Positions 19,528 to 30,154 are shown, numbered from the stretch's first letter. The stretch is DNA of 64,000 nt from Fibrobacteria bacterium (GCA_037447435.1 JBBIGR010000005.1:64001-128000), one strand, 5' to 3'. The notes: generated by a model not told the origin, from the sequence alone. Program-made: numbers and translations.

Positions 19528-22013
19528 GAAAACATTTAACCTTTTTGTCAATAATCGCCGCTTTTTGCCTTATTTTCCCTACGCACGCCGACGAAAAAAC
19601 GAAAACAGGCTTTGCAATTGTTTTAAGTGGCGGCGGAGCACGGGGTCTCGCTCAGATCGGAGTATTAAAGGCTTTTGAGGAAGCAAATATAAAACCAAAC
19701 TTGATCATCGGCACCAGCATGGGTGCGATTATAGGCAGTTTATATTCTTCAGGCAATAGTGCCGATTCTATTGCGAAATTCGCAAAAGAATTCGATTGGA
19801 CTTCCATATATTCAAATACATCCCCGCGCCGGCAAATGCTTGTAAGCCTGAAATCCGATCCGGGGACGTTTTTATATGAACTGCGTTTTGATAATAATTT
19901 TTCGATAATTCTACCGACGTCCATTTCCGACGGACAGTCTTTTTATTCCGGGCTTGCGGCAAAATTGGCCCCGGCGCAGTATCGCGCTGAAAAGGATTTC
20001 GATAGCTTGCCAATACCTTTACGGTTGGTGGCGACCGACATAGTGTCCGGAAATAAAATCATTTTTTCTTATGGAAATTTAGCCACCGCAGTTAGGGCCT
20101 CAAGCAGTTTTCCGCTTGTTTTTTCCCCTGTCGCGATAGATTCAATGCTGTTGATGGATGGCGGACTATCCGCCAATATACCGGTTGAATCCGCATTGTC
20201 CGAATTTCCGACGTACGCCGTTATCGCCATCGATGTCACCTCTCCTATGTTGGGAAAAAAAGATCTTTATAGTCCGGTGCACCTTGTCGACCAAATTGTG
20301 AATATCGGATTGACTAAGCAGAAGACCAAAGAAAAAAAGCTGGCGAATCTGGTCATCACGCCGGATTTAACCGATTTTTCGAATACCGATTTTACACGCA
20401 TCGATACTCTTATCCAGCGCGGATATACGGCAGCACATTTGGAAATAGCGGAAATTAAAAAAGTTTTGGATTCACTTATAGATTCACGATCGGAAAAGTC
20501 CACTATTTTATATCCGCCATTTTACTTTCCAAATATGAATCAAACTACGGCGCGAGCATGCCAAAATGCTTTACTTTTTGTTAATAAGGATACCGGTATA
20601 TCAAAAAGCCATTGTGAACAGATCGTTTATTCAGCATGCAACGCTAACAAGTCTTTCACTCGCATAATTTCCATTGAACGTAGAAACGATACGACGGTTT
20701 TATCGACCGACCCCGGAATCGTTCGCGGATTTTCGTTCAATGGGAATTATCAAACATTATCGTCAACGGTTAAAGCAGCCCTCGACATTCATTTGGGCGA
20801 TACGCTATCTGCAACGATCATTTCCAGGGGAATTTCGTCGTTATACGCGACGGAATTATTCAAAAACGTAAATATTTCGGTTGACAGTCTTGGTATAGTA
20901 TCCGTTTTTTTAACGGAAAAGGAATATTGGCGGGCTAGGCTTGGATTACGTTTCGATGAGTATCACCTTCTCGAAGGTTATATCCAGCCGGGATACGAAA
21001 ATCTTCTGGGATTGGGAGTAGATGCCAATTTTCATTTTCAATACGGGCTCATGAGAGAGAAATACTCTTTCGAGTTGAGCAATAACCATGTTTTCTCAAA
21101 GGCATTTGCCAATAGTATCCAAGCTCAAACCTACATTTCACTGGAACGCATCGTAAAAAGGAAAGAATCCTTGGATCCGACAGACTCTTTAGTTACGCGT
21201 CTTACTTTAGACGAGCAAACATTAAGCAAAGTCGGTATTCTTGCAATGGCTGGTGCTCAGGTCGGTAAATTCGCTATGTTGGATGGTGGCGTTCGAATAG
21301 AAAAATTCCAATTGTATCAGTCCGAGTCTTTCAGAAATCCCTTTGGCGGCTTTGAACGCGGCATGCAATATTTTATGGGGCGCCTCACCTTAGATAACCT
21401 GGACAATTTTCCCTTTCCCCAAAAAGGGCATAAAGACTATATTAGTATTGGCGGCGCGCATGATATGATCGGTGGTACTGAAAGTTTTTTTAAAGTGGAC
21501 GGAAGTTTCAGTCAATATTATACTATAGCTAAGTCACATACTATTTCACCTCAAATACAGTTCGTGTGGGCATCTGATTCTTTGCCAGATGTTGAGCGCG
21601 TGTATATTGGTGGCGTTGTTCCTGAAGAAAAATATAAAGAAATCGGAGTATACAACTACATTTCGTTTTTTGGATTAAAACCAAGGGCTTTGCCGGGAGA
21701 TATTGCCCTGCTTTTTAGAGGACAATATAGAGCGACCATTCAGCCGGGCCTGTTTGTTTTTGCGACCATTGATTATGGGTTCTCATGGGAATGGGATAAT
21801 CGCTGGCTTTTTGAAAACACTCGGGCCATAAAAGATCTGGCAAACGATTTTGTGAAAAGGGCAGCATGCGGTCTTGGGTTGGGATTGGCTTATGAAACTG
21901 TCGTCGGCCCAATCAGGTTTTCATGGGGCCAGCTCCTGAGAAATGAATTCGAACCAGAGCTGAACATTGCTTCTGATAATTTTTTCTATCTGTCTTTTGG
22001 TCATGATTTTTAA
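19524..22013 (+). CDS. Patatin-like phospholipase with POTRA and Omp85 barrel (PlpD-like)
   Basis: Signal peptide; GGGARG, GTSMG, DGG; POTRA-like FNGNYQT...LYATELF; terminal VGPIRFSWG...FYLSFGHDF. Confidence 0.9.
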   Translation: MRKHLTFLSIIAAFCLIFPTHADEKTKTGFAIVLSGGGARGLAQIGVLKAFEEANIKPNLIIGTSMGAIIGSLYSSGNSADSIAKFAKEFDWTSIYSNTSPRRQMLVSLKSDPGTFLYELRFDNNFSIILPTSISDGQSFYSGLAAKLAPAQYRAEKDFDSLPIPLRLVATDIVSGNKIIFSYGNLATAVRASSSFPLVFSPVAIDSMLLMDGGLSANIPVESALSEFPTYAVIAIDVTSPMLGKKDLYSPVHLVDQIVNIGLTKQKTKEKKLANLVITPDLTDFSNTDFTRIDTLIQRGYTAAHLEIAEIKKVLDSLIDSRSEKSTILYPPFYFPNMNQTTARACQNALLFVNKDTGISKSHCEQIVYSACNANKSFTRIISIERRNDTTVLSTDPGIVRGFSFNGNYQTLSSTVKAALDIHLGDTLSATIISRGISSLYATELFKNVNISVDSLGIVSVFLTEKEYWRARLGLRFDEYHLLEGYIQPGYENLLGLGVDANFHFQYGLMREKYSFELSNNHVFSKAFANSIQAQTYISLERIVKRKESLDPTDSLVTRLTLDEQTLSKVGILAMAGAQVGKFAMLDGGVRIEKFQLYQSESFRNPFGGFERGMQYFMGRLTLDNLDNFPFPQKGHKDYISIGGAHDMIGGTESFFKVDGSFSQYYTIAKSHTISPQIQFVWASDSLPDVERVYIGGVVPEEKYKEIGVYNYISFFGLKPRALPGDIALLFRGQYRATIQPGLFVFATIDYGFSWEWDNRWLFENTRAIKDLANDFVKRAACGLGLGLAYETVVGPIRFSWGQLLRNEFEPELNIASDNFFYLSFGHDF

Positions 22014-22075
22014 AAACGATTTGCGATGGTCAAAGAACTTTTCAACTATTTGCTAAAGGAAAACAATACTGCAAT

Positions 22076-23209
22076 ATGCGATTAACAATTTCCACGAAGT
22101 TATTTATAGGTTTTCTTTTTGTCATTTTTTTAAATATAATTTATGTTGTTATCGTTAGTAAACTCTCCGACCTTAACGGCATTGCCAACATTTTAAAAAG
22201 GCAGGATGATGTAAAAAACGAACTGCTTCGGGTCGCAAGTTTGCAAAGTGATAAACGTCGTAGTCGCACGTCGTTTGAAGCAATCGGAAAACGCGAATCT
22301 GTGGAAAATTTCAAACAATCGTCCCTCGTTGTAAAAAAATTGCTTGACACAATAAACTTTGAACTGAACGTGATCTCGGTTTTGGATTCTGCCGTCTTTC
22401 GTAAAGACATCAACAGCATAATTCACTATGAAAACCATATCAGCCTTTTGACCCTGATGGACACCGCCACCCAGTATAATACCCAGTACGATATGTCTTT
22501 CGCACAATTCGTTATTACCGGAAAAGTCGGATCGACAAATGTTAAGGATTCGTTACTGCTTAAAAGCACGCATTTAATTGCTTTAACTGATTCGGCGGAT
22601 ACAAAATTGACCGGAACGCTAAAGTCAATTGACTCGCTTATCGACGAGCAGACTAAAATCGTCATTAAGGACACCGAACGGCGGATAAATGACATCAAAC
22701 AAATGACCATCGTCATTCTTTTTATCGTAATTGCCGTTGCAAGCGGATTTGCATTCTTTTTTTCACGGTTTCTCACCACATCCCTACGCCGTCTCAAAGA
22801 ATCGGCCAGCTTAATCGGAAAAGGGAATTTTACAGTAGACCCGACCGGATATCCATCCGATGAAATCGGAGATCTTGCAAACGCCTTTCACGATATGGCT
22901 GTAGACCTAAAAAACACCCAGGAAGAACTGGTCAAATCCAAACGCCTTGCCGCAATCGGAGAAGTAGTCGCATCAGTAAATCACGAGATCAATAATCCGC
23001 TTATGATTATTTCAGGTAATGCGCAATTTCTTGAAATGTCTATGCAAAATTATCCTCCGGAAATGCAGGAACGCGTACGGGTTATTCTCGAGGAAACGGA
23101 GCGCATTTCAAATGTAACGAAAAAATTACGTGAAATCAGGAATCCTGTTGCCGAAGACTATACGTCAAGCGGCGAACAAATGATTAACCTTGACCGTTCC
23201 ACAAAATAG
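22076..23209 (+). CDS. Membrane sensor with HAMP and HisKA domains, no HATPase domain
   Basis: Two TMs around a periplasmic region, HAMP DEIGDLANAF, H-box NHEINNPL; ends about 75 aa after the His. Confidence 0.85.
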   Translation: MRLTISTKLFIGFLFVIFLNIIYVVIVSKLSDLNGIANILKRQDDVKNELLRVASLQSDKRRSRTSFEAIGKRESVENFKQSSLVVKKLLDTINFELNVISVLDSAVFRKDINSIIHYENHISLLTLMDTATQYNTQYDMSFAQFVITGKVGSTNVKDSLLLKSTHLIALTDSADTKLTGTLKSIDSLIDEQTKIVIKDTERRINDIKQMTIVILFIVIAVASGFAFFFSRFLTTSLRRLKESASLIGKGNFTVDPTGYPSDEIGDLANAFHDMAVDLKNTQEELVKSKRLAAIGEVVASVNHEINNPLMIISGNAQFLEMSMQNYPPEMQERVRVILEETERISNVTKKLREIRNPVAEDYTSSGEQMINLDRSTK

Positions 23210-23216
23210 GACAAGC

Positions 23217-23834
23217 ATGAAAAACCGAGGCACACCTTTTACGATATTTCGGTCGTTACTAATCATCATGGTTTTGACGGCCAGCGTTTCGCTTTTGTTT
23301 TTCGGCTGCGCATCAAGCAGTACGGTTGCTCAGTACACCTACGACAAACGCCTCCTTGCTGCAGCAGAATCGAAATTCGACAAAAAGCAATATGCTGAAG
23401 CGTTGAAAATTTACAATGAAATCGCATTCTCACCAGACTATTCACAATCGACATCAGCAAAAAGCGCACTGTACCGCATCGGCTATATTAACATCTACTT
23501 TGATAATCCCAAGGCAGATCCGAAAGCAGCCTTGGAGGCATTCAATACATTCAAACTTCGCTATCCGCGAGACAAACTAATCGGTGATGTTACAACGTGG
23601 ATAAAACTTTTAGTCGTTTTAAAAAGCTTTGAAGACCAATATGATGATATCACGTTCCGGGTTCGACGTCTACAAAGCAAATCTGCGGTCACAACCGGTA
23701 GCCTTGACACACTCATAGAGGCATACCAACGCTGTACCGCAGAAAACGATTCGCTCGGCAATGAAAAAGCTTCACTGGGCAGGAAAATTGCGGAATTGGA
23801 GCAGATTATCGTTAAAATGGAAAAATCAAGGTAA
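23217..23834 (+). CDS. TPR-like lipoprotein with C-terminal coiled coil
   Basis: Lipobox LFFGC; helical repeats (ALYRIGYI, FKLRYP); heptad tail LGRKIAELEQII. Confidence 0.7.
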   Translation: MKNRGTPFTIFRSLLIIMVLTASVSLLFFGCASSSTVAQYTYDKRLLAAAESKFDKKQYAEALKIYNEIAFSPDYSQSTSAKSALYRIGYINIYFDNPKADPKAALEAFNTFKLRYPRDKLIGDVTTWIKLLVVLKSFEDQYDDITFRVRRLQSKSAVTTGSLDTLIEAYQRCTAENDSLGNEKASLGRKIAELEQIIVKMEKSR

Positions 23835-23859
23835 CATAGCATTAGGGCCCCTTTAAATT

Positions 23860-24993
23860 ATGGCAGATAATGATTTCCGTAAGGAATTTCAAAACGCCCG
23901 CACCCTCGTCGTTAAAGTCGGAAGCAGAATACTCACCGGCGACAATAAAACGACTCCTCATGTAAAACGGGTAAAATCACTTGTCGATAGTATTGCTTTT
24001 CTCTCAAAAAGCGGGAAACGAGTTCTCTTGGTTTCCTCTGGAGCCATCGCGCATGGAATGCAAGCCCTTGGTTTGCAGAAACGCCCCAGTACTATTCCTG
24101 CTAAACAGGCTTGTGCGAGCATCGGCCAAATAAGTTTAATGAATATGTATGCCTCACATTTTGCCAAACATGAAATTTTGATAGGACAAGTTCTCATAAC
24201 CTGGGATGATTTGCGGGATAAAAAGCGCTATTTAAATTTGCGTAATACCTTATTTAATTTATTTGATGTCAATGCGGTTCCTATTATCAATGAAAATGAT
24301 TCGGTCGGAGTTGAAGAAATCAAATTTGGAGAAAACGACACGCTCGCTGCCCAATTATCACTTTTAATTCAAGCCGATTTGTTTATCAATCTTACCGATA
24401 TAAACGGGCTTTACGATTCAAACCCTCAAGATAACAAGGATGCGAAGCACATTCGGGTTGTTCCCGAACTTACCCCTACTGTTTTTAATTATGCCTCGGA
24501 TAAGAAAAATGAAATCTCCGTCGGCGGAATGACTACAAAACTCAAAGCTGCGGATATGGTCACGAAAGCGGGTTTGCATGCGCTTATCGGCGATGGATTT
24601 CACCATTCCCTGCTCGAAGTTCTTGCAAATGAAACCATTGGAACATGTTTTTTACCCAATTTAAAAAAGATGCCGGCTCGCCATCGTTGGATAGCCTTTA
24701 CCGGGAAACCAGTGGGCACGATCATTGTTGATGATGGTGCATATAAAGCTATTTCGGAAAAAGGAAAAAGCCTACTTCCTGCGGGAGCAAAAAAAATTAT
24801 CGGAACATTCAATGTCGGAGACATGGTTGATATTTCTACCGATAAAGGATTAGTTTGCGGTCGCGGACTTATTAATTATTCGTCTTCGGACGCCGCTAAA
24901 ATATGCGGCTGCAAATCACCGGAAATCACAACGATACTCGGCCAGAAAACTTTTGACGAACTTATCCACCGAGACAACCTCGTTGTGCTCTGA
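23860..24993 (+). CDS. proB: Glutamate 5-kinase with PUA domain
   Basis: VVKVGS, VSSGAI, PIINENDSV, FGENDTLAA, GGMTTKL, IHRDNLV. Confidence 0.97.
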   Translation: MADNDFRKEFQNARTLVVKVGSRILTGDNKTTPHVKRVKSLVDSIAFLSKSGKRVLLVSSGAIAHGMQALGLQKRPSTIPAKQACASIGQISLMNMYASHFAKHEILIGQVLITWDDLRDKKRYLNLRNTLFNLFDVNAVPIINENDSVGVEEIKFGENDTLAAQLSLLIQADLFINLTDINGLYDSNPQDNKDAKHIRVVPELTPTVFNYASDKKNEISVGGMTTKLKAADMVTKAGLHALIGDGFHHSLLEVLANETIGTCFLPNLKKMPARHRWIAFTGKPVGTIIVDDGAYKAISEKGKSLLPAGAKKIIGTFNVGDMVDISTDKGLVCGRGLINYSSSDAAKICGCKSPEITTILGQKTFDELIHRDNLVVL

Positions 24994-25072
24994 TTCCGCA
25001 CTTAGTTTGGGCTTATTGTATTTTATCTTCGAATTTTAATACCATCCAAACCATTTTCAGGCAATAAGGCGT

Positions 25073-26338
25073 ATGAACGATTCTACTATGAAAAAAGTAA
25101 TCGATACAATTGGAATAAAGGCTCGTCGTGCAAGCCAGCTGCTTGTTGACACTAAACAATCGAGTATCGATGCTTGCCTTCGGGAAATGGCCGCATTAAT
25201 TGACAATAACAAATCGACACTGTTACATGCGAATAAAAAAGACATCGCCGCGGCTCGCTTAAAAAAAATCCCGGACGCAATGATAGAACGCCTTACATTG
25301 ACCGACAAGACTTTCACCTCAATAAAAAAAGGCCTTTCTGAAGTTGCTGCCCAAAAATCACTGGTAGGTTCCTTCTTTGAAGAGAGAACACGCCCAAACG
25401 GCCTTCATATTTGCAAAATGCATGTTCCAATCGGGGTCATAGCAATTATTTACGAATCGCGTCCCAACGTAACGGTCGATGCTGCGGCAATTTGCCTTAA
25501 ATCGCGCAACAGCGTTATTTTACGCGGCGGGAGCGAAGCAATCCACTCCAATACGGCGTTGGCTGCGCTTTTTTCCCAAGCCTGCAAAAACACGGGCTTA
25601 TCGAAAGACGTTGTTCAATTAATTCCGACAACAGAGCGGACGGCCATCGATTTATTGTTAAAACAGGTCGATACTATCGATTTGGTTATTCCACGAGGAG
25701 GCGAAGGCCTTATTAGAACAGTGGTTGAAAAATCCCATATTCCTGTAATCAAACATTATAAGGGAGTATGCCATGTATACATTTCTAAAAAAGCAAACAT
25801 TCAAAAAGCCATTTCAATAATAATTAACGCAAAAACGCAACGTCCGTCCGTTTGCAATGCTATGGAGACATTATTATTAGACAAGTCTCTTTCCAATGCC
25901 TCAAAGAAACGGATTGTTGATGCCATGATTGAAAAAGGCGTCGTATTATTCGGGGACAACGATTCACGCCTTCTTTCGCGATCCATTAAAAAAGCTTCCG
26001 AGGCCGATTGGTATGCAGAATACCTGGATTTACGTTGCGCGATAAAAATAGTTGACGGTGTAAAAGGAGCCATCGAGCATATCAACAAGTACGGGTCGCA
26101 TCATACCGATACGATTGTTACCGAATCCAAAGCCGAAGGAGACGCATTCATTGTGGGGGTCGATTCTTCGTCGGTTATGGTAAATGCGAGTACGCGATTT
26201 GCCGACGGAGGAGAATACGGACTGGGTGCGGAAATCGGGATTTCCACGGATAAATTGCATAGCAGAGGACCGATGGGCGTTGCCGATTTGACGACCTATA
26301 AATGGGTTGTTCGGGGAAATGGCCAAATAAGAAATTGA
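25073..26338 (+). CDS. proA: Gamma-glutamyl phosphate reductase
   Basis: IIYESRPNVT, LRGGSEA, IPRGGEGL, SVCNAMETLL, NASTRFADGGEYGLGAEIGIST. Confidence 0.98.
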   Translation: MNDSTMKKVIDTIGIKARRASQLLVDTKQSSIDACLREMAALIDNNKSTLLHANKKDIAAARLKKIPDAMIERLTLTDKTFTSIKKGLSEVAAQKSLVGSFFEERTRPNGLHICKMHVPIGVIAIIYESRPNVTVDAAAICLKSRNSVILRGGSEAIHSNTALAALFSQACKNTGLSKDVVQLIPTTERTAIDLLLKQVDTIDLVIPRGGEGLIRTVVEKSHIPVIKHYKGVCHVYISKKANIQKAISIIINAKTQRPSVCNAMETLLLDKSLSNASKKRIVDAMIEKGVVLFGDNDSRLLSRSIKKASEADWYAEYLDLRCAIKIVDGVKGAIEHINKYGSHHTDTIVTESKAEGDAFIVGVDSSSVMVNASTRFADGGEYGLGAEIGISTDKLHSRGPMGVADLTTYKWVVRGNGQIRN

Positions 26339-26366
26339 TAGATACTAAATATCACAAGGAATTCAA

Positions 26367-26726
26367 ATGGACTTATTACAAAACGTAAAATTCGATGAAA
26401 AAGGGTTGGTTACAGCCATCGCAATAGATGAAGTTTCAAACCAAGTGCTGATGCTTGCGTATATGAATAAGGAAACTCTTGAGGAAACTCTGGCTACCGG
26501 CAAAATGGTGTATTATAGCCGAAGCAGAAAAAAAAGATGGCTTAAAGGTGAAACATCGGGGCATTTTCAGACGGTTTCGGAAGTCCGCATTGATTGTGAC
26601 GGTGATGCGCTTCTTTTTAAAATTAAGCAAATCGGTGCCGCATGCCATGAAAATTACCGGTCTTGTTTTTTCAGGAAATCCGAGAACGGACAATGGAAAA
26701 TATGTGAGGATAGGTTGCATGATTAG
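26367..26726 (+). CDS. hisI: Phosphoribosyl-AMP cyclohydrolase
   Basis: YYSRSR, WLKGETSG, DCDGD, ACHENYRSCF. Confidence 0.96.
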   Translation: MDLLQNVKFDEKGLVTAIAIDEVSNQVLMLAYMNKETLEETLATGKMVYYSRSRKKRWLKGETSGHFQTVSEVRIDCDGDALLFKIKQIGAACHENYRSCFFRKSENGQWKICEDRLHD

Positions 26727-26747
26727 TAACTTCATATAAAATATCCC

Positions 26748-27404
26748 ATGACAAATTCCATAATTCTTTCGCGAATTATACAAGCAGGTATTGTACCAAT
26801 AATCAGAAGTAACAATACAAATTCAATTTTTATTTGTGCCGATGCTTTGATACAGGCAGAATTGCCGATTCTCGAACTTTCGTTTTCCGTCCCTCACACC
26901 GACAAAACGCTTCTTGCACTTGCAAAAAAATTTGGCGATTCTTTGATTTTAGGGGCCGGGACAATTTGCTCTATTCGTGACGCCGATGCTGCGATTGCAA
27001 GTGGGGCGCGGTTCATCGTCAGTCCGCATTGCAACGAAAAAATTATTCATTATTGCAAATCAAAATCATTGACGGTTTTTCCAGGAGCCTTGACGCCGAC
27101 CGAAATTGAAAAAGCATGGAAATGCGGCGCCGATGCCGTAAAGGTTTTCCCCTGCGATGCCTTAGGCGGGCCGTCGTATATTAAATCCCTCAAAGCCCCG
27201 TTTCCCAACATCAGACTTTTTCCCTGCGGAGGCATTACCAAAGAGAATATCGACCTCTATTGGGAGGCAAAGGCCGATTCTCTCTTTATCGGATCCGCAC
27301 TTTGCAATATGCATTTGTCGGAATCACGGTTATTTGATAGCGTTTTCAACAATACACTGCTTTTAAAAAATAAAACAGCCGTAATGCGGAGTACGCCTTT
27401 ATGA
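26748..27404 (+). CDS. eda: KDPG/KHG aldolase family protein
   Basis: LGAGT, FIVSP, PGALTPTE, Schiff-base VKVFP, PCGGI. Confidence 0.85.
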   Translation: MTNSIILSRIIQAGIVPIIRSNNTNSIFICADALIQAELPILELSFSVPHTDKTLLALAKKFGDSLILGAGTICSIRDADAAIASGARFIVSPHCNEKIIHYCKSKSLTVFPGALTPTEIEKAWKCGADAVKVFPCDALGGPSYIKSLKAPFPNIRLFPCGGITKENIDLYWEAKADSLFIGSALCNMHLSESRLFDSVFNNTLLLKNKTAVMRSTPL

Positions 27405-28558
27405 CAGAAAATTCTCCTGGCTTTCCTTATATAGAGGTTTCTCTCGACAATTTGCTTTTCAACCTCGATCAATTACGTCTGGCAAGCCCGTACGTAAAGG
27501 ACGTGATAGCGGTTGTTAAAGATTGCGCCTACGGATGCGGCGCCATCGCCGTCTCAAAAGCGCTTGAGGCCCATGGAGTTCATTTTTTTGCCGTTGCAAA
27601 TTGCAAGGAAGCCCGGTCGCTCAGAAACAATGGCATTACATCCCCTATCCTTGTTTTTGGTGAATGCGGCAAAGATGAATTGCGGTGGGGTTCGAGTCAT
27701 AACATTCATTTTTCGCTTAATGATTGTGCCGACATTGCAGCATGGAAAACTGCCGATTTTGCGGTCCGTTTTCATTGCGAAATAGACACCGGAATGGGGC
27801 GGCTCGGACTAAACCCGACGGAAATAGGAAACGTGATTCACGCTGTAACGAACAGCGATCAAATTGTTTTTGAAGGCCTTTTCACCCATTTTGCCAATGC
27901 CGACGAACCGGCGACAAAAACAGTTGAAGCACAACTGAACATTTTCAAAATGGCAATTGCCAATTTCAAAGCCGGTGGACTTATACCGAAATACATTCAT
28001 TATGCAAACAGCGCTGCAACGATCCGATTCCCCTTTAAGGGAGAATGCACGCACATTCGACCGGGAATTTCCTTATACGGATGTAAACCGGATCCCAAAC
28101 AAATATTCCCCATTCCTCTTAAATCGGTTGTTCGTTTAAAATCGAAAATCATTAAAATTAAAAACGTTCCGGCAAACACCCCTATCAGCTACGGAGGAAC
28201 CTATACCACAAAGTCCGAAACAAAAATTGCTACGATTCCCCTCGGGTACGGAATAGGATTTCCAAGACAATTGAGCAATAAAGGTTCGGTTTTAATTGGC
28301 GGAAAACGATATGGAATTGCCGGCAGAGTTACAATGGATTACGTCATGGTGGATATCGGCTTTAATTCAAATATACAGGTAGACGATGAAGTCGTCGTTT
28401 TCGGTGACCAAGGCGATGAATGTATTACAGTCGACGAAGTCGCTTTATTAGCGGATACGATTGGTTATGAAATTTTATGCGGTTTAAGTCCGTGTCTTGA
28501 CAGAATATATGCGCAAGACGGAAAAATCGTTTCCCAAACACCGGGTTATTCATTTTAA
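27401..28558 (+). CDS. alr: Alanine racemase family protein
   Basis: AVVK..AYG.G PLP lysine, DTGMGRLG, THFA.AD, RPGISLYG, ISYGGTY, GRVTMD, TIGYE. Confidence 0.92.
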   Translation: MTENSPGFPYIEVSLDNLLFNLDQLRLASPYVKDVIAVVKDCAYGCGAIAVSKALEAHGVHFFAVANCKEARSLRNNGITSPILVFGECGKDELRWGSSHNIHFSLNDCADIAAWKTADFAVRFHCEIDTGMGRLGLNPTEIGNVIHAVTNSDQIVFEGLFTHFANADEPATKTVEAQLNIFKMAIANFKAGGLIPKYIHYANSAATIRFPFKGECTHIRPGISLYGCKPDPKQIFPIPLKSVVRLKSKIIKIKNVPANTPISYGGTYTTKSETKIATIPLGYGIGFPRQLSNKGSVLIGGKRYGIAGRVTMDYVMVDIGFNSNIQVDDEVVVFGDQGDECITVDEVALLADTIGYEILCGLSPCLDRIYAQDGKIVSQTPGYSF

Positions 28559-28609
28559 TGACAATGCAATTCGATTTGTCACTATCAAACCCTCATAGGT
28601 ATCGCATCA

Positions 28610-30154
28610 ATGGATGAATGGTTGGAATTTTCCGAATTGGTGGAACGGGTACAGGAAATGTTGGAACTTGGTCTTTACGATGAGGCACGCTCCCTTTTAG
28701 AGAATTACCTTCCTCAATACCAGGATGAATGGGAAATTTATTTTTTGTATTCAAGGGTTTATCTCGAACAAAACGATCCTGAAAAAGCTATACCTTTTCT
28801 CCATAAAAGTTTAAAAATAGACAAAAAAAACCCGGATGTTTTGCTTGGCCTGTTTTATGCCTATTCGCAGGTTGATCAATTAAAACGAGCCTCAAAATAT
28901 TTGCTCCGCGCGGAAAAATATCATCCTGATTTAGAACCGGTTTTATGTGCACTCATTTGGTTTTATACCGAACAAAACAGATTTGATGAAGCTCTGCTGT
29001 GTTTTGATAAAGCGGTACGAATTGGGACAGATAATCCTGAAACATTTCGAAACGGCGGAGTTGCGTATGAAAGAACGGGACACTATGAAAATGCGGAACA
29101 TTGTTTTCTGACCGCATTGCAACTCAATCCCCAATTCGACGAAGTCCGTGACCTTTTGGCCGATCATTATGTTTTTCTTGGAGAAACATCCAAAAGCATC
29201 AAACTGTATCAGGATTACCTTCAAAAATCGCCGAAAAATATTAGGACATTATCTCGCCTGGTATTTTGCCTCACTCAAAACGAACAAATCACGGAAGCAT
29301 TGACTTTAGCACAACAGACCATAAAGCTATACCCGAATTCACCCGTCGGCTATGTTGATTGCGCATATGTCTATCTTAACGATAATAAATTCGATCAGGC
29401 ATTAACTTGTGCAAACCAAGCATTGGATGTTTCTCCAATAGACGCCGAAGCGCTACGCGTCAAAGCAATCATTTATACTGAAAAAAACGAGAATCAAAAT
29501 GCTCAAACGGCATTTGAAGCCGCGTTATCCATAGAACCCCAAAACACTGAAATAATGCGGGATTATTATCATCATTTACGCACGATTAACAATTTTGACA
29601 AGATGGAAAAACTTGTCTTTAGTGTTATTAAAATCGAACATCCGTATTGTATTGAAGATTATTGGTTTTTAGCGGATTATTATCGGGAAACCGGAGACAA
29701 TGTAAAAGCATTTCATTATTTGCATAAAGCATACACCAGTATGCCCGGTGAAAAAGAACTTATCCCGCCCATGGTCGATATTATGCTCGATACGGGTCAC
29801 GTATCGTATTCCATCCCCTTTCTCATGCAATATGTCGAACGAAGCGGATGGAACGAAGTAATGAATCAATTTGCTCGTCATAAGCGGCTAAAAGAAAAAT
29901 GGGCAAAGGAAGGCATCCGATTTCTCCGATTTTACGGTCAACGGTCTTCCGAGTTCCGAAAATATATTTTCTTTCAATATTTTGAAAAGTTCTTAAAATT
30001 ATCTCTCATCGTCGTTGTACCATTATGCGCCGCTTTCTTTTATTTTTTTTCCGGTATATGGGGTGTCGCAATTTCGATTTTATTCTTTGCACTATTATAT
30101 GCAGGATGGGAAATCGGTAAATTACTCGTACGCAAAAAGAAACCTTCCGACTAA
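28610..30154 (+). CDS. TPR repeat protein with two C-terminal TM helices
   Basis: Repeated 34-aa TPR units (ALQLNP, ALDVSP, ALSIEP); hydrophobic C-terminal hairpin. Confidence 0.85.
   Translation: MDEWLEFSELVERVQEMLELGLYDEARSLLENYLPQYQDEWEIYFLYSRVYLEQNDPEKAIPFLHKSLKIDKKNPDVLLGLFYAYSQVDQLKRASKYLLRAEKYHPDLEPVLCALIWFYTEQNRFDEALLCFDKAVRIGTDNPETFRNGGVAYERTGHYENAEHCFLTALQLNPQFDEVRDLLADHYVFLGETSKSIKLYQDYLQKSPKNIRTLSRLVFCLTQNEQITEALTLAQQTIKLYPNSPVGYVDCAYVYLNDNKFDQALTCANQALDVSPIDAEALRVKAIIYTEKNENQNAQTAFEAALSIEPQNTEIMRDYYHHLRTINNFDKMEKLVFSVIKIEHPYCIEDYWFLADYYRETGDNVKAFHYLHKAYTSMPGEKELIPPMVDIMLDTGHVSYSIPFLMQYVERSGWNEVMNQFARHKRLKEKWAKEGIRFLRFYGQRSSEFRKYIFFQYFEKFLKLSLIVVVPLCAAFFYFFSGIWGVAISILFFALLYAGWEIGKLLVRKKKPSD

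Noticed and set aside
28610..30154. TPR protein as an O-GlcNAc transferase partner for the GH84
   Set aside because: No GT41 catalytic domain; ends in two TM helices
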